The notes under the pieces are model-generated. The model saw only the letters and a program-made list of their open reading frames with translations. It did no database searches and was not told where the DNA came from. 64,000 bases of DNA from Podarcis vaucheri (lineage: Eukaryota). Both the position numbers and the translations under genes were made by a program. Position 1 is the first letter of the stretch; every line of letters starts with the position of its first letter. Where the stretch lies: the NCBI GenBank assembly GCA_965113315.1, contig OZ220363.1; one strand, written 5' to 3'. Shown here piece after piece: positions 33,301 to 64,000 of this stretch.

Positions 33301-35657
33301 TGTGAAATTAAGGCTGTAAATGTGATATTTATGTGGAGGCCTGTGATACTTGGATTGTATCAGGTCCCAAACTGGGCTTGCTTGGGACACACGTCAATGT
33401 CACCATAGTGTTCTAGTTGGCTGCCCATTAATACTCCCTGCCATTCTCAGTTACACAAGCAGCATGCCCAGTTGGAGCCTGAGCGGCACTTGTGGCACCG
33501 GCGAGAGAGTGATGAGAGTGGTGAAAGTGCCCAGGAGGAGCCCGATGCTCATCAGGGCACCCCAAGCAGTGCCATTCCCCGTTCAGCCAGTTATCCTTTC
33601 GCCTCGCCTCGCCAGGCTGGTGATGAGACAGCTGCTCTGCAAGCCGGCTTCCAGCGCCGATATGGTGGTGTCTCAGGTATGTTTCAGGAACACCAAACTC
33701 ACAGCACTTCCATATTCCTTAGCCAGAAAAGGCTTTATTTCCTGCCAAACCCTGCACATACACATGCTGGCATTTCTTGTTAACTACAGGGCAATGAGAG
33801 AAAAAGATTAGATATCAGTCTGACATGCTGCTTGACAGTTTTGGTGTACCCTTTTGATGACATGGCCAGCGCATCATATATAAGAGGCAAGCCTTTACCT
33901 GTGCTGCCTACACTCTCAGATTGCCTCAAGCCTTTACTCCTTGCTGATCAGCAGGTTTGGAGCACTGGCTAGCAGTGCTACAAGAGTGGCATTATGAGTT
34001 TGGGAAGTTCAAAAATCCATTTTGCTTTCGTTGCTGCCGTTTCAGAAGGCACCATTTTCTCTGTGATTTGGGCTCTCATTTTCTTTAGTTTTGATTTTCA
34101 GAAGGCTCAATTTTCTTTGGTTATGAATTTCCAGAAGGGTAACCATGCCAGTCCATGAAAGCATGTGGCACCTTAAAGACTAATTTATGACATATTCATA
34201 CCTCATCAGATGGAGTAGACTATGGTTCATAATAAATTTATTAGTCTTAAATGGTGCCACAAGAGTCTTCGTTGTTCTGGTCACAAAGCTATCCATATAC
34301 TTATTTCTTTCAACAAGGGGCATGGCCAAAGCTGGCAGGGTAGGGTGTTGCTTAATAGACTTGGTTAGAGGAGCAGGTGGAAACAAAAAAGACCAAGAGT
34401 ACTTGCAAGATATTATATTTCCACTTACGCCACTGTTTCCCAGCTACTGTATCTGTGTTGGGTGGTAATGAGGAACAGAGCAGACTGGAAGCCCCAAACA
34501 GATTTTGCAGCAAACTGATCTCATTTAACTTTGGCTACCCCATCCGGTGGTTATCTTTCCCTCTTTGTTTTCCCACAGACCCTGGCATGGTGCACAGAGC
34601 CCCATCACACTTCGCTCGGCTGCCACTTGGGGGGTGGGCTGAAGATGGCCAGACTGCTCGGCACCCAGAGCCTGTGCCAGAGGAGAGCTTGGAAGATGAG
34701 TTGCCACCTCAGATACACAAGGTACAGCCTGGTTGATACTTGGGCATTGGCAATGGCTGTGTCATGAAACCAGAGGAATCTGCAGCCTCTTAATGCAGCT
34801 ATATGTATTACTGCACTATCATCACCAGAAGCTACCTGGCCAAAGACTAGTTACTACAAAAATAATTTGATTTTGTGTTTTGGAAGGCTCTACTGATATG
34901 AACTAGTCGGGCTTTCAGGAACTCATACACAAAGCAGACCAAATAAATCAGGCAATGCTATCCTGTAAGCTGCCCCGTGTTCCTTGGTTGAAGGGAGAAA
35001 TTTAAATTTATAAATTAAAGAAAGAAAGCCATGTTTGGGTAGACTCCCCCCCCCTCAAGTGTCATCTCAGAGTAAGAGGGAAGAGAGTAATATGAGAAGT
35101 TGAGAGAGTAAGCCAGGCTTCCTCAACCTTGGCCCTCCAGATGTTTTTGGCCTACAACTCCCATGATCCCTAGCTAGCAGGACCAGTGGTCAGGGATGGT
35201 GGGAATTGTAGTCTCAAAACATCTGGAGGGCCGAGGTTGAGGAAGCCTGGAGTAAGCTATGGAGGGACAGAGAGCAATGGCAGGCATTCTGTGAAAGATC
35301 TCTAGCTTCAGTGTGCTAGCCACACACAAAAGAAGGCTGGGGGCATTTTCTGCCTTGGAAAGGGGAATTTCAGTATATGCAGCATTTCTGCCCCTCCATC
35401 AGCTGTAGCTGTCAAAATGTTCTCTTCCATATGGGTTTTAGAGGTGGAGGATCCTTATTCTCCTTTGCATGTAGTCAGCTGATATTGCTAAATAGCCTAC
35501 AGCTTGCTTAAAAATAAATACTGAAAGTTTCAGGAGGTGGGTTCTTTGTTTGGCACAAAATCTGGAGTATTCAGAGCTTTGCTTTGACCCAGTCTTTCTC
35601 CTCACTGTCCCCCTTCCCAAATAACTTCCTTTGCCTTCCCAATTCCTTCAGGTGTAG
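24328..35657 (+). CDS. ATG9A: Autophagy-related protein 9A (lipid scramblase); complete, 850 aa
   Basis: Exons 24328-24430 (MAHFDTEYQRLEASYNDSPPGEEDLMVHVAEGSK), 24904-24947, 25392-25456, 25772-25933, 26494-26635, 28149-28897, 30026-30179, 30458-30637, 30855-31100, 32105-32319, 32858-32975, 33451-33676, 34579-34721, 35652-35657 (GTG TAG). Total 2553 nt with consistent phases. Near-identical to vertebrate ATG9A motifs (WHHIENLDLFFSRVYNLHQKNG, LTELDIYHRILRF, RSASYP AMPK/14-3-3 site, C-terminal LPPQIHKV). Confidence 0.98.
24948..25391 (+). other. ATG9A: U12-type (minor spliceosome) AT-AC intron of ATG9A
   Basis: 5' site ATATCCTT at 24948, branch site TCTTTGAC at 25372-25379, terminal AC at 25390-25391. 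Joining restores the conserved FFSR|VYNLHQKNG. Confidence 0.93.
27380..28120 (-). mobile_element. L2/CR1-clade LINE ORF2 3' fragment (decayed), with perfect 51-bp tandem duplication 27587-27688
   Basis: Minus-strand peptides VHNLGIILDPLVSLEAQVASVAWSAFHQL and YKASNISGPQHLKDHLFPYE are typical of the region downstream of LINE reverse transcriptase. Confidence 0.8.
35114..35249. mobile_element. Intact palindromic hAT MITE in the last ATG9A intron
   Basis: Long inverted arms CAGGCTTCCTCAACCT(T)GGCCCTCCAGATGTTTT / AAAACATCTGGAGGGCCGAGGTTGAGGAAGCCTG; perfect 8-bp TSD GAGTAAGC (35106-35113, 35250-35257). Confidence 0.93.
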
Positions 35658-38358
35658 CTGTGAAGGCTGAAGATCTTGTGTGGGCTCCACATGGTGGGCC
35701 CGCCTCAGCTGGTGGGACATTGGGTTACCCTGCCCTACAAAGTATGGGTTGGCTCAAGTCCCCATGTCCTGGGCGTCAGTGCCAGAGTGAGGAAGGTGTG
35801 AAGACAGCAGTGCCTTCATCGTGGCCGGAACTCTATCCAGACATGCCTCATGCCGGTGGCACGCTAGCTGGGCATGGGCTGGATGTGTGTGTGATTACAT
35901 ATATTTGTCCGTGTCTGCATCCGTGTCGTCCATGTTGGAGAACCATCCGAGACTTGCACAGTACACCACGGAGCACACTACAGTGCAGGAGACTGGCATC
36001 CATGCTTGCCCTGCCTGAAATGTCCTGTTGTAGCAGGAGGAGGACCTGCTGTGTGGACCCCCGTTCAGAGGCAGGAAGAGCTGTAACACTGTCCAGACTA
36101 CAGCGTGGAATTAAAGATGCAATCAAGCGATAGATTTGGACTCAGGAAAAGAAGGGCTGCAAGAGATTATTTTTGTAATGGGAATGGGGCACAGGCTTCC
36201 TCCAGTGGCAGAGCCTAACTTGGATAGAAGCTTTTCACACACAAGAAGGGTGCGTATCTTCCTCCCTGCTTTACCATTCACTCACAACCTTTGAAGCCAA
36301 GCCAAAAGAGGCAGTCTTGCAGTGCCATCACCACCCATGCCGCAGGATTTTGTCTTCCTGTGGGCACAAATGATTCTACTGTTTGGGGCCACATTTATTT
36401 CGGATCCCTCTTGCAGTATCAAAGCACAGGCTTCGCAGGGTATTGCTTCACAGCCCGTACCAGATTTTGCTTGAGGCAATATCTGAAATGACCAAAGTCT
36501 CCTTCAAACTTACCAAATGGCACCCAGCTCCAGACCGATGGCTCCATTCTGAGGTAGCCCCTTGCTCTCACCTTGTTCATCCTGCTAGGATTTAGACTCA
36601 AGTATGAGGCTCTGCCCCGGGTACTGTACTTGTGGGTATGAGGGATGGGTGGAGGAAGGCGATACTTGTCTGTCCCCACCCCCATCGCTCTATTTAAATA
36701 TTTCCCAGATTCCCCATACACTTCCTGTGGGCACAAATGTTTGGGTTCTTCTCCAAGCTAGTGCTGCCCTCCTTGTGATGTCTCTTTTCTATGGATGCCT
36801 TAATGGCAAACATCCAGATCTTGTGGAAGTGCCAGCAAGAGAAGAGTTCCTATATGCCAAACATATTACCTGTCACAATCTGAAGAACTGGGGTGGGCTT
36901 CAGGTTCTTGTTGAAAGGGCTGAACCTCTCGCCTGGCTAGACAAGGCGTTCTCTTGAACAGTCTACAGAAGTTCTGCTGGTTCTACTGGTTCCCCCACTT
37001 TATTACTAAAGAACACCATGCCATCGGCTCCACTGTCGTCCTCTAATTCTTATGGGCTATGTGGTCTTAGCACAACAGCAAAATACTTTTATGGTTTGCA
37101 TAGCAAACATCACAAATAATACTTTCCAGACTGCCCAGTGAAAACATTGTATCCCAAGAGGGTGTGGTACAAACCAGCCAATTATTGCTTAGGGTGATGC
37201 TAGCGCTGTCATCAGAGCTACAGGTCCCAATATGGCTTGGTTAACCCTGTGGTTTTGACTCCTTTGTCTTCTCTGTGGGGCCATTTTTTTTTTTTTTTTT
37301 ACAGTGGCTGCTGCAACCTCCAGTAGCTGTTTGTCAAAGCTCCTGTTGTACATAGGAAAAGCAGCTTGCCATTACTGTCACAGATAAAATATGCATCCTT
37401 CCTCTCTATGGGCACAGGCCGGGTTGCATGGAGATCCCTATATGGCCTTAGAACTGACATTGTAGGTCTTGGGAGCCAGGACTCTTGGGATTTCTTTTCT
37501 TCTTTGCCCTCTTTCAGAATTGAAGAGATTATTTGCACTCAGCAATGAATTGATTACAGCTGGTAGTTCACCTGCTCTAGAAAGGAGATTATGCCCAAAA
37601 AGTATACTGTACTTCCCCACTCCCTAACCTAGTTTAACAGAAGAGTGGTCATTGGTGTTGTGGGGTACATGCTAAAAGGGAAGTTGGTGAGCAGCAGTTT
37701 CAAGCTGTCAGTAGTTTAGATGTATGGCTGGTGCTGGGATTTCCCCCCGTTCTTCAGATTACTGGTGCATTTTAAGGAATTCAAAACAACTGATGGTAAA
37801 ATATTAATTTGCTGTCTTTCCTGCAAAATACACATCCCCTGGAGTGTAGAAAGAATAGCTTCATAGACTGCAACTTTGATCAGTGCTGGTTATGTACTGT
37901 TGGGATGGGGAACCTGTAGTTTGTGAAACTTTACTTTATTACAACTCCTATCATCCCTGACCATGGAGCATGGTGGCTGGAGCTGATGGGATTTGGAGTC
38001 CAACAGCATCTGGAAAACTACAGGGTCACAGTCCCTGCACTACAGCAATCAGCTGCAGAGCAGCCCCATTGGCAGAGATGAGCCTGCTGCATCCTAGTGG
38101 AAATGTTACTGTACCCCTGGTCTAGCAGTGAATAAAAGGAGCGTTCTCAGCTAAAACATGGGGTGGGTGGGAATTCTAGCTGTCATGTATTATGCTTGTC
38201 TTGATTTTGCCCCCATCTTTTTGTGCATGGTACAGCCACCTGTGGCCTCCTGCTTCGTTTGTGACACTAGAGGCTGGCCTGTGAGTTATGTGGAGCACTG
38301 CAAGTGGTTTGTAAAACAGAGCTTATGTCTGACATCCTGTACAGTACTGTATCTACTG

Positions 38359-38364
38359 AATAAA
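38359..38364 (+). terminator. Likely polyadenylation signal of ATG9A (3'UTR ~2.7 kb); alternative AATAAA at 38131
   Basis: AATAAA followed by a GU/U-rich downstream tract (GTGTTCCATTCTTTGATCGCTGTGG..TTGTCTTTCATTGTGTC). Confidence 0.55.
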
Positions 38365-40129
38365 GAGGGGTGTTCCATTCTTTGATCGCTGTGGCCGTGC
38401 CTGTGGAATTGTCTTTCATTGTGTCTGAGGGTAACAGCCTGCTACCTACAAGATGAATCCAGGTGGATCACAGGATAGTTGGCCATCATCACAATGCTTG
38501 TGGCACTAATGGGGTAGTTACTATCTACTGGATTTTTGTACATGCACTGCTACAGTGCTATTTTTCAAAAGAAATAATGCAACTCATCATGAACACTCGG
38601 GTTCTCTTAGAATGGCAATGGCGCCCACCTGAGAGGTGCCAGAACTGCGTTCCAACCAGTTGCCTCAGAAAAAAAAGCCCCAGACTGCTATAATATCCAA
38701 AGAGGCACATCTTTTCTGGCCCTAATGAATGCTGAGAAATGTGTGTGTCACGTCTAGGAGCAAAAATATATTTAGCATTTACCATGTGCTTAGGAGCTGT
38801 TGTTTTTTTTATAGGGAACATAGCACCAGTTTGGGTACATTTAAAGGGGCGTGCTAAATGCATTCTGGTACTTTTGGGTTTATAATTCTATAGCCAAATA
38901 CTGCTAAGAACTCATATGTAGCAATACTGATTTTGTGTGTGAATGCAATTTTAAAATGTATTTCCAATTTATAAAATAAGTCAGGACGTGAGGGGACAGG
39001 GAGGATCAGAGGGCATCTATGCTAAATGTTTAAGAATTGTGGCCATGACCTGTGGTGATGCTCTTGACCTAGACAACTTCCCTTATCCCCATCTCCATCC
39101 TTAATCTGAAGGATTAGACTGTCTTTTCTGAGGCAAGCCACAAGAAGGCCTGCCAATATAAGGAAAGAGCTGTGCGTGGGAGTACATATACTTTGTGTCA
39201 TTATTAAGATTTAAAGTTCTGACTTCTGGCTCTGGGATGCCCCGTCTTGTTGATAATCTTAAGGAAACTGTCTTTATAGTTTTAACATTTGTTGTAAATT
39301 GCTGAGAGTTTTCACTCCAAGCAGTATATATACTTTGTTAAATAAAAAGCCCATAATATCTGCATACAATGGAACTGTAAGACAAGCTGATTTTAATACA
39401 TAACTAGCAAATTAAAACAAAACAAACTAGTCATTTTTACTGCTTAAAAATAGTCCTAGGAAATCCTTGTATCCGGGTTGCATCAGGATCTAAAAAGAGG
39501 TATAACCCAATACTATGAATATCTATTCAAATTTAAATAATAATTAACTAATTATTTCAGTGGAAGTTACTAACAAAATGGGGTTTGCTTATTTATTTAT
39601 TACAACATTTATATCCTACTGTATACTGGTGCCAGGGCACCACTCTGCAGCTGACAGCTTAAAATTACTGGTTTCATAAAAGTCGGGTAGTTAACTTGTC
39701 CAAGATGAAATTCATAATGATGGACACATGCTGGGTAGTGACAGCGGCAAAAGGCACTCCTAAGGCTCTCACGTGCACTCTGTTCCTTTCACGTCTTAGA
39801 TATTTCAGAGCAGAGACTTTATGAGCCTTGGCTCAATTAAGCTTTGAATGGAATGAGACAGTTAGAGTCACAGCGGTGCCCCTATCCTTCTCTAAACAGC
39901 TCTGCATGATATCCTCACAACAACCTTGTGAGGCAGAGAAAAAGTGATAGGCTCAAGTTCGCACACTTTCCCCCAAGGCTTTTTTTTTTGCTGCCGCCGC
40001 AGCACCTTTCACAGCAGCGTTAGCAAACTGAACCCGGATTCAAAGCCACACTCGGACGCACGCTCGTTTGCGATGTGTACACACATGCTTAGGATTGTGC
40101 TGACTCATTCCAGTTCGGTATCCTTGTTT

Positions 40130-40910
40130 TAGACTGCGGACGTACAAATGCGGAGGAGCGGGATCGGGGTGAAACGCTGGCCCATGATAAATTTGGGGAC
40201 AGCACCTGCCCTCGATCGTCCCACCTTCACAACCTGCGTCGTGCGCTCTTGCTCGGCGGGAAATAAATAAGAGCAACGGCCCGGAGCGTGAGCGCCTGTG
40301 TTGGAACACGCGGGCACTAGGACCCAGGCGGAATCTGCCTAACAAGTGTTGACAAAGGCGGCGCTAGGACCCCGGGGGCGCCGATCGGGCCTGCCGCGGC
40401 TCCCGAAGCTCGGCTGCGGACGCGCCGCTGCACATTGGCCGAGCCAACCGGGCGGTGGGGAGAGTGGGTGGGCTGGACTGACGAGACCCGAGCAGGCAAG
40501 TAGACGTTGGTGGGAGAAGGGGGCAGGCGGGGGGGATTGAGGGGAAGCGGGCGGCGGCGGCGGCCCCTTTGCTGCGTCCTCGCCGGCTGGCAGCACAGAG
40601 AGGCGGCAGGGGGCGGAGGATAACACAGCCCCATGGCTTGATCTCCACCGCCGCCTCCTCTTCCTTCTGTGCCCGAGCCCATTGCCCAGCAGCCAGGCCT
40701 GTTGCCCAAAGTGTGTGGGGTAACTAACAGGCGTAGGCGGCGAGGGTGGGTGCTCAGCACCGTCGTCTCCTCGCTGTGCTCCCCGGGGTGCCCTTGAGTC
40801 AGGAAGCTGGCGGCTTCTGCCTGGGAAAGTTCACCGCTTGGAAAGTGGGAACACACAGCAGCTGGACCCGGGGAGGGCAGGAATCCCAAGCGCCACTCGA
40901 GGGCGCGGAG
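40130..40910 (+). promoter_or_regulatory. CpG island promoter / non-coding first exon region of ABCB6
   Basis: CpG-dense block with GC boxes and an inverted CCAAT (~40433), about 2.5 kb upstream of the ABCB6 start-codon exon, which begins with a splice acceptor (43352-43353). Confidence 0.8.
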
Positions 40911-42244
40911 TGTAGTCATAACAACACGGTGATGATGTGCTATTTTGATATCGTGCATCAGAAAGGACGGATTAAAACCCACGGAGAGGTGTGGAGGAAG
41001 GCATCAGAAATATCCGTTGAGGATATTCATGGAGGAAAAGGCTATATCAGTGGCCCTTAAAAAAAGAAGACAAGTTTCTAGCATTTGGGAAAGTAGCTCA
41101 GGGTTTATTTGTGTATTAAAAGCTGTGGGGCAGAGGGAAGATAGCTGAGCAAAAACTTCAGTGCATTGCATCCATTCTAGTAGCACCAGCACTGTAAATT
41201 ACGGTATGCCAGCCAGCAAACTGATGCAAATATGTTTAATTTGTTTATTTTATCAAAGTGTCAGCTACCAAAGTCATATGGGTTGGGTTCAGAGGAGGTT
41301 AAACATTAATGGAACTCAAACCGAGGAGAAAGCAGTTAGGTGCAAAAGGTTATGGAGAGTGGCAACAAGGAGTCACACAGTGCATGTGTTCTCAGAAGTA
41401 AGCCCCACTGGGCTCAATGGGGTTAATTCCCCGGTTAATGTGCATACTTGCTACCATAGTTGACCTGTGAAACTCAATGATCTGGGATCACGCTATTGTA
41501 CGCACACAGCAGGCTTAGAGGTTTTGTTCTGTTTTTAAAGGATCAATTTCATCAGAAGAGTCTATCAACATCTACGGAACTGCCATCCTAGAATAGACTT
41601 GTGAAGGGCCAGATGTCTTTGTGGCAACCCACAGCACTAGTGCCATACGTGACCCTGCCCCCAGTTTCATGTGGGTGACAAGGGGAAGGGGGTGTTGGGA
41701 TTGCAGGAGAGGGAATGGGGATGAACCCACCTACTGCCTGAAATAGATCCCTCTTTCCCCAAAGCAGCCCTTGACATATGCCCTTGACATATGTAAATCC
41801 TTCCCATAAAGGAAGGCTATCTACTTGCCAGCCGATGGCAGATTATCCCAAATATTCCAGAGCACTGTGCCATAAGCACAGAACATCTGCACCACAGAAA
41901 GTGTCTGCACAAAAATTGTTGCAGAAGACTTAGGAAAGCAAGCCATGTTAGAAGGAAAAGAGGAGTGGGGGGCAACCTTCCCCATGGCTACTGGAAAATC
42001 TAAAATTGTGAAAAAAAATCCTACCTGACCTAAACATGAGTAAACCGATAGGCCCTAAATATGAGCAAAATCTATCCACTATTCTGAAAAGAAAAATGTT
42101 ACCAAGATACAGCTCCTCCCCATGCAGCTATCACTCTGATTTTAAGTGTGGCAGTTCTTGATGCCTTGTGCTAAGCAATTCCTTAAACTAGGAGGTGGGG
42201 TGAACAACAAGGTGAGATCTCTGCCCCAGATACTGTGTGGTTTC

Positions 42245-42835
42245 TAATAATAATAATAATAAAAATAATTTTTTATTTATACCCCGCCCTTCCCAGTTCA
42301 AAAACCGGTCTCAGGATGGCTAACAACAAATTTAAAAGCACTTTAAAACACTTAATTATAAAAGCAGCATAAAATACAGTATAAAAACATGAATAACAAT
42401 AAAATTCAAAAATAAAAAATCAATTAGATAATCCCCAGGGCTAGCTGGCTGAATTGGTCCTACTTGGGCCAGTGAGGAGGCCAGGGTTGAATTAGCTGTG
42501 GGGTCTCAGAGCGGGTGATCTTCATTAAAGGGGAGGGGGAGGGAAGAAAAGGGAAATAAAAGATCAGGCTGAATTCAAATTAAAAGCCAGGTGGAATAGG
42601 TCTGTCTTACAGGCCCGACGGAAGGTCAAATCCTGAAGGGCCCTAGTCTCATGGGACAGAGCATTCCACCAGGTCGGAGCCATCACTGAAAAGGCCCTGG
42701 CCCTGGTGGAGGATAGTCTGACTTCGTTAGGGCCTGGGACCTCTAAACTATGGTTATTCATGGACTTTAAGGTCCTCTGCGGGGCATACCAGGAGAGGCG
42801 GTCCCGTAGATACAAGGGCCCTAAGCCACAAAAGG
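42245..42835 (-). mobile_element. L2-like LINE 3' end with microsatellite tail
   Basis: Minus-strand ORF2 C-terminus YLRDRLSWYAPQRTLKS..RARAFSVMAPTWWNAL..FRRACKTDLF, then 3'UTR and (AAT)n tail at 42245-42265. Confidence 0.85.
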
Positions 42836-43089
42836 CTTTTGCATTTCCCTATGAAGTGTCTCACCCTGCCTCTTTTGATGGGGTGGCATGTTGAGCAAGA
42901 AGGATTAAAAAAATTGTCCAAGATGGGTGACTGCTTTCATGCCTGCATAGTGTGTGTGTGTGTGTGTGTGTGTAGCATCATGTGGCATGTTTACTTCTGC
43001 ACTTGAATTTAAGCCTGTGAGAACATCATATGCCTGTGGGTTTGCATATATTATATCTAACATATTTGCAGACAGCGTTGAAATATAAA

Positions 43090-43280
43090 GCCAGTGTGGC
43101 AAAGCAGTGTGTTGGACTGAGACCTGTGAGACCATGGCTTGAATCCCCACTTAGCCATGAAGCTCACTGGGGGACCTTAGACCAGTCACTCATTCTTAGC
43201 CTAACCTATCTCACAGGCTTGTTGTGGAGGAGGAGGAGGAGAATTATGTATTCCACCCTGAGCTCCTTGAAGGAAAGGTG
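43090..43280 (+). mobile_element. tRNA-derived SINE (Squam3/L2-tail type)
   Basis: tRNA-like head with B-box GGCTTGAATCCC, core GCCATGAAGCTCACTGGG..CCAGTCAC..CTAACCTATCTCACAGG, and tail CTGAGCTCCTTG..GGGATAGAAATAAATAAAT. Ends about 75 bp before the ABCB6 start-exon acceptor. Confidence 0.8.
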
Positions 43281-43369
43281 GGATAGAAATAAATAAATAG
43301 TAGCCCAAGCATACGTTCTAATTTCCTTGTTTCTTTCATCTGTGTTTCTGCAGCTCCCCAGCCGACAGG

Positions 43370-62508
<19,139 letters not shown>

Positions 62509-64000
62509 GTAACGAGGCAATTATGTTGTGGCGATAGGAGAGGTGGGATTCACCTAACCAGCCCCCTCAGTGGAAGACCTGCACAAAGACTTCTTTCCCT
62601 CTCCTCCACCCCACCCCACCCTGCCCCCTGGAATTAGCTTTGGGGGGTGGTCAGGAGCACCCCTAGTACAGTGGGCAGTGGGGAGGGGGAGAATAGTTCC
62701 ATCTGGCAAGTAGCAATGCTTGCACAGACGAAGTGAATGGAAGAGCGCAATGGTGAAATCCTCATGAAGGCTTCATTAGTGAGGTGCCAGAGTCTTCCAG
62801 CACGGAATGGAGACAAGGCTCTTGGCATGATGAGTGGGAGGAAGGAGGTGTCACCCAAAGGAACAAGCAGCTGGCATCCTTGGAATCATGTTCTTCTGCT
62901 TAAAACAAGGAAGGGGAACCTCAGTCCCAGGGCGGCCAAATCTGGCCCTGTGCACTTCTCTGTTTGGCCCTCAAAAGTCTCCCCAGGCAACAACTCTTCT
63001 CCTCAGGCCATATCCTTCATTGTCTTTCACTTTGCACCCTCCATGAGTGTTTTTGCCTGACTGGAATATGTCCTTCGATTGCTGAGAAGATATTTCTTGG
63101 TTGCCTGAATGGACGACACAGAGGGGAGTGTGGGAGTGTGTGAAGAAACTAGAGTGTTGTGGAAAGATAACATTTAAATGTGTTGCTCGGCCCACTTGCA
63201 TCTCTGGCCCTGCCCGCCATTGCCATTTGGCCCCCAGGCTTAAAGGTTCCCCCACATTGTTCTAAAGGGCTAAAGTAGCCCTTGAATGGCTCTGCCACCT
63301 TCCACTTGCATATACTCACTCACTCAGGCACATACATTTCTCCTTCTGCTCCTCAGGACTTTTCCTGCCCCAGCCCAGATGCTTAATTCCTGGTTTCTGC
63401 TGGTTGCCCCCAGCAAAGCAGAGACGTGTGATTCCATTTAGGGACGGATGAAAGAGCTGTGCTGGGGAAGGCACAGCTGCAAACTGCCTCCACCTCTCCT
63501 CTGGCCACCCAGGCTCACTGGGGGGACTGCTACAGGATATCTGGGGAGAGTCCTAGGTGCCCCATCTGGGTGCCAGGATTTCATGAGGGTCTGAGGTTGG
63601 GGGGCGGGGGGGGGGAGAGGATTGAAGGGCAGCTGCTCTTTTCATGTCTGCTCCAGCTGCTTGCTGTCTGCTCTTTTGAAATGTGTGGTTTCCCTAGTCT
63701 CCCCCACTAGGGTTTTTAATTTTTTAAAAAAACCTATCCTGCAGGGTTCTTATTTTCACTGGTCATTCGAGCAAAATATCACTAGGAAGCAATGGATGCT
63801 GATATGCAGGGTAGATGGCACAGGAAACAAGTGTGTAAGAGTGTGAAGGGAAGCTTGAAAGATACATCCCTTCCCATGTGTTGTGTGCGCACACACTTCT
63901 TTTCTCCCTCTGATCAAACCATTCTCCCCCCACAAACCTCTACCTAATTTCCCAAAAATAGCAAAACATGTTTATCAAAAGCAACAGAAGAGCAGGTGTC

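Noticed and set aside
35660-36133. 157-aa ORF immediately after the ATG9A stop (possible read-through extension)
   Set aside because: Starts at GTG, is not in frame with the TAG, and the in-frame continuation (CTG TGA) stops after one codon.
40040-40982. 221-aa minus-strand ORF and neighbours
   Set aside because: Same CpG-island artefact at the ABCB6 promoter.

Overview
This is intron-rich vertebrate genomic DNA. The repeat content (Squam-type SINE, many palindromic hAT MITEs, Tigger/Tc2-like elements, L2/CR1 fragments) suggests a squamate lizard; that assignment is inference. The window holds the conserved GLB1L - ANKZF1 - ATG9A - ABCB6 block: (1) the last 6 exons of GLB1L (+, 766-3881); (2) complete ANKZF1/Vms1 (-, 15 coding exons, 689 aa), tail-to-tail with GLB1L; (3) complete ATG9A (+, 14 coding exons, 850 aa), head-to-head with ANKZF1 on a short bidirectional CpG-island promoter; (4) the first 14 coding exons of ABCB6 (+), truncated by the window end just after Walker A. 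I assembled the exons by hand and their phases are consistent. Most ORFs in the supplied track are spurious. The most unusual observation is a diverged genomic copy of the ABCB6 exon-4 3' half, its splice donor and downstream intron, lying about 41 kb away inside an ANKZF1 intron, so ANKZF1 transcription makes RNA antisense to that donor. Also notable: an AT-AC minor-spliceosome intron in ATG9A, a GC-AG intron in ANKZF1, a multi-uORF ATG9A leader, and a CpG-rich hairpin array inside a Tc2/pogo-like transposon. I see no clear evidence of a wholly new gene system.
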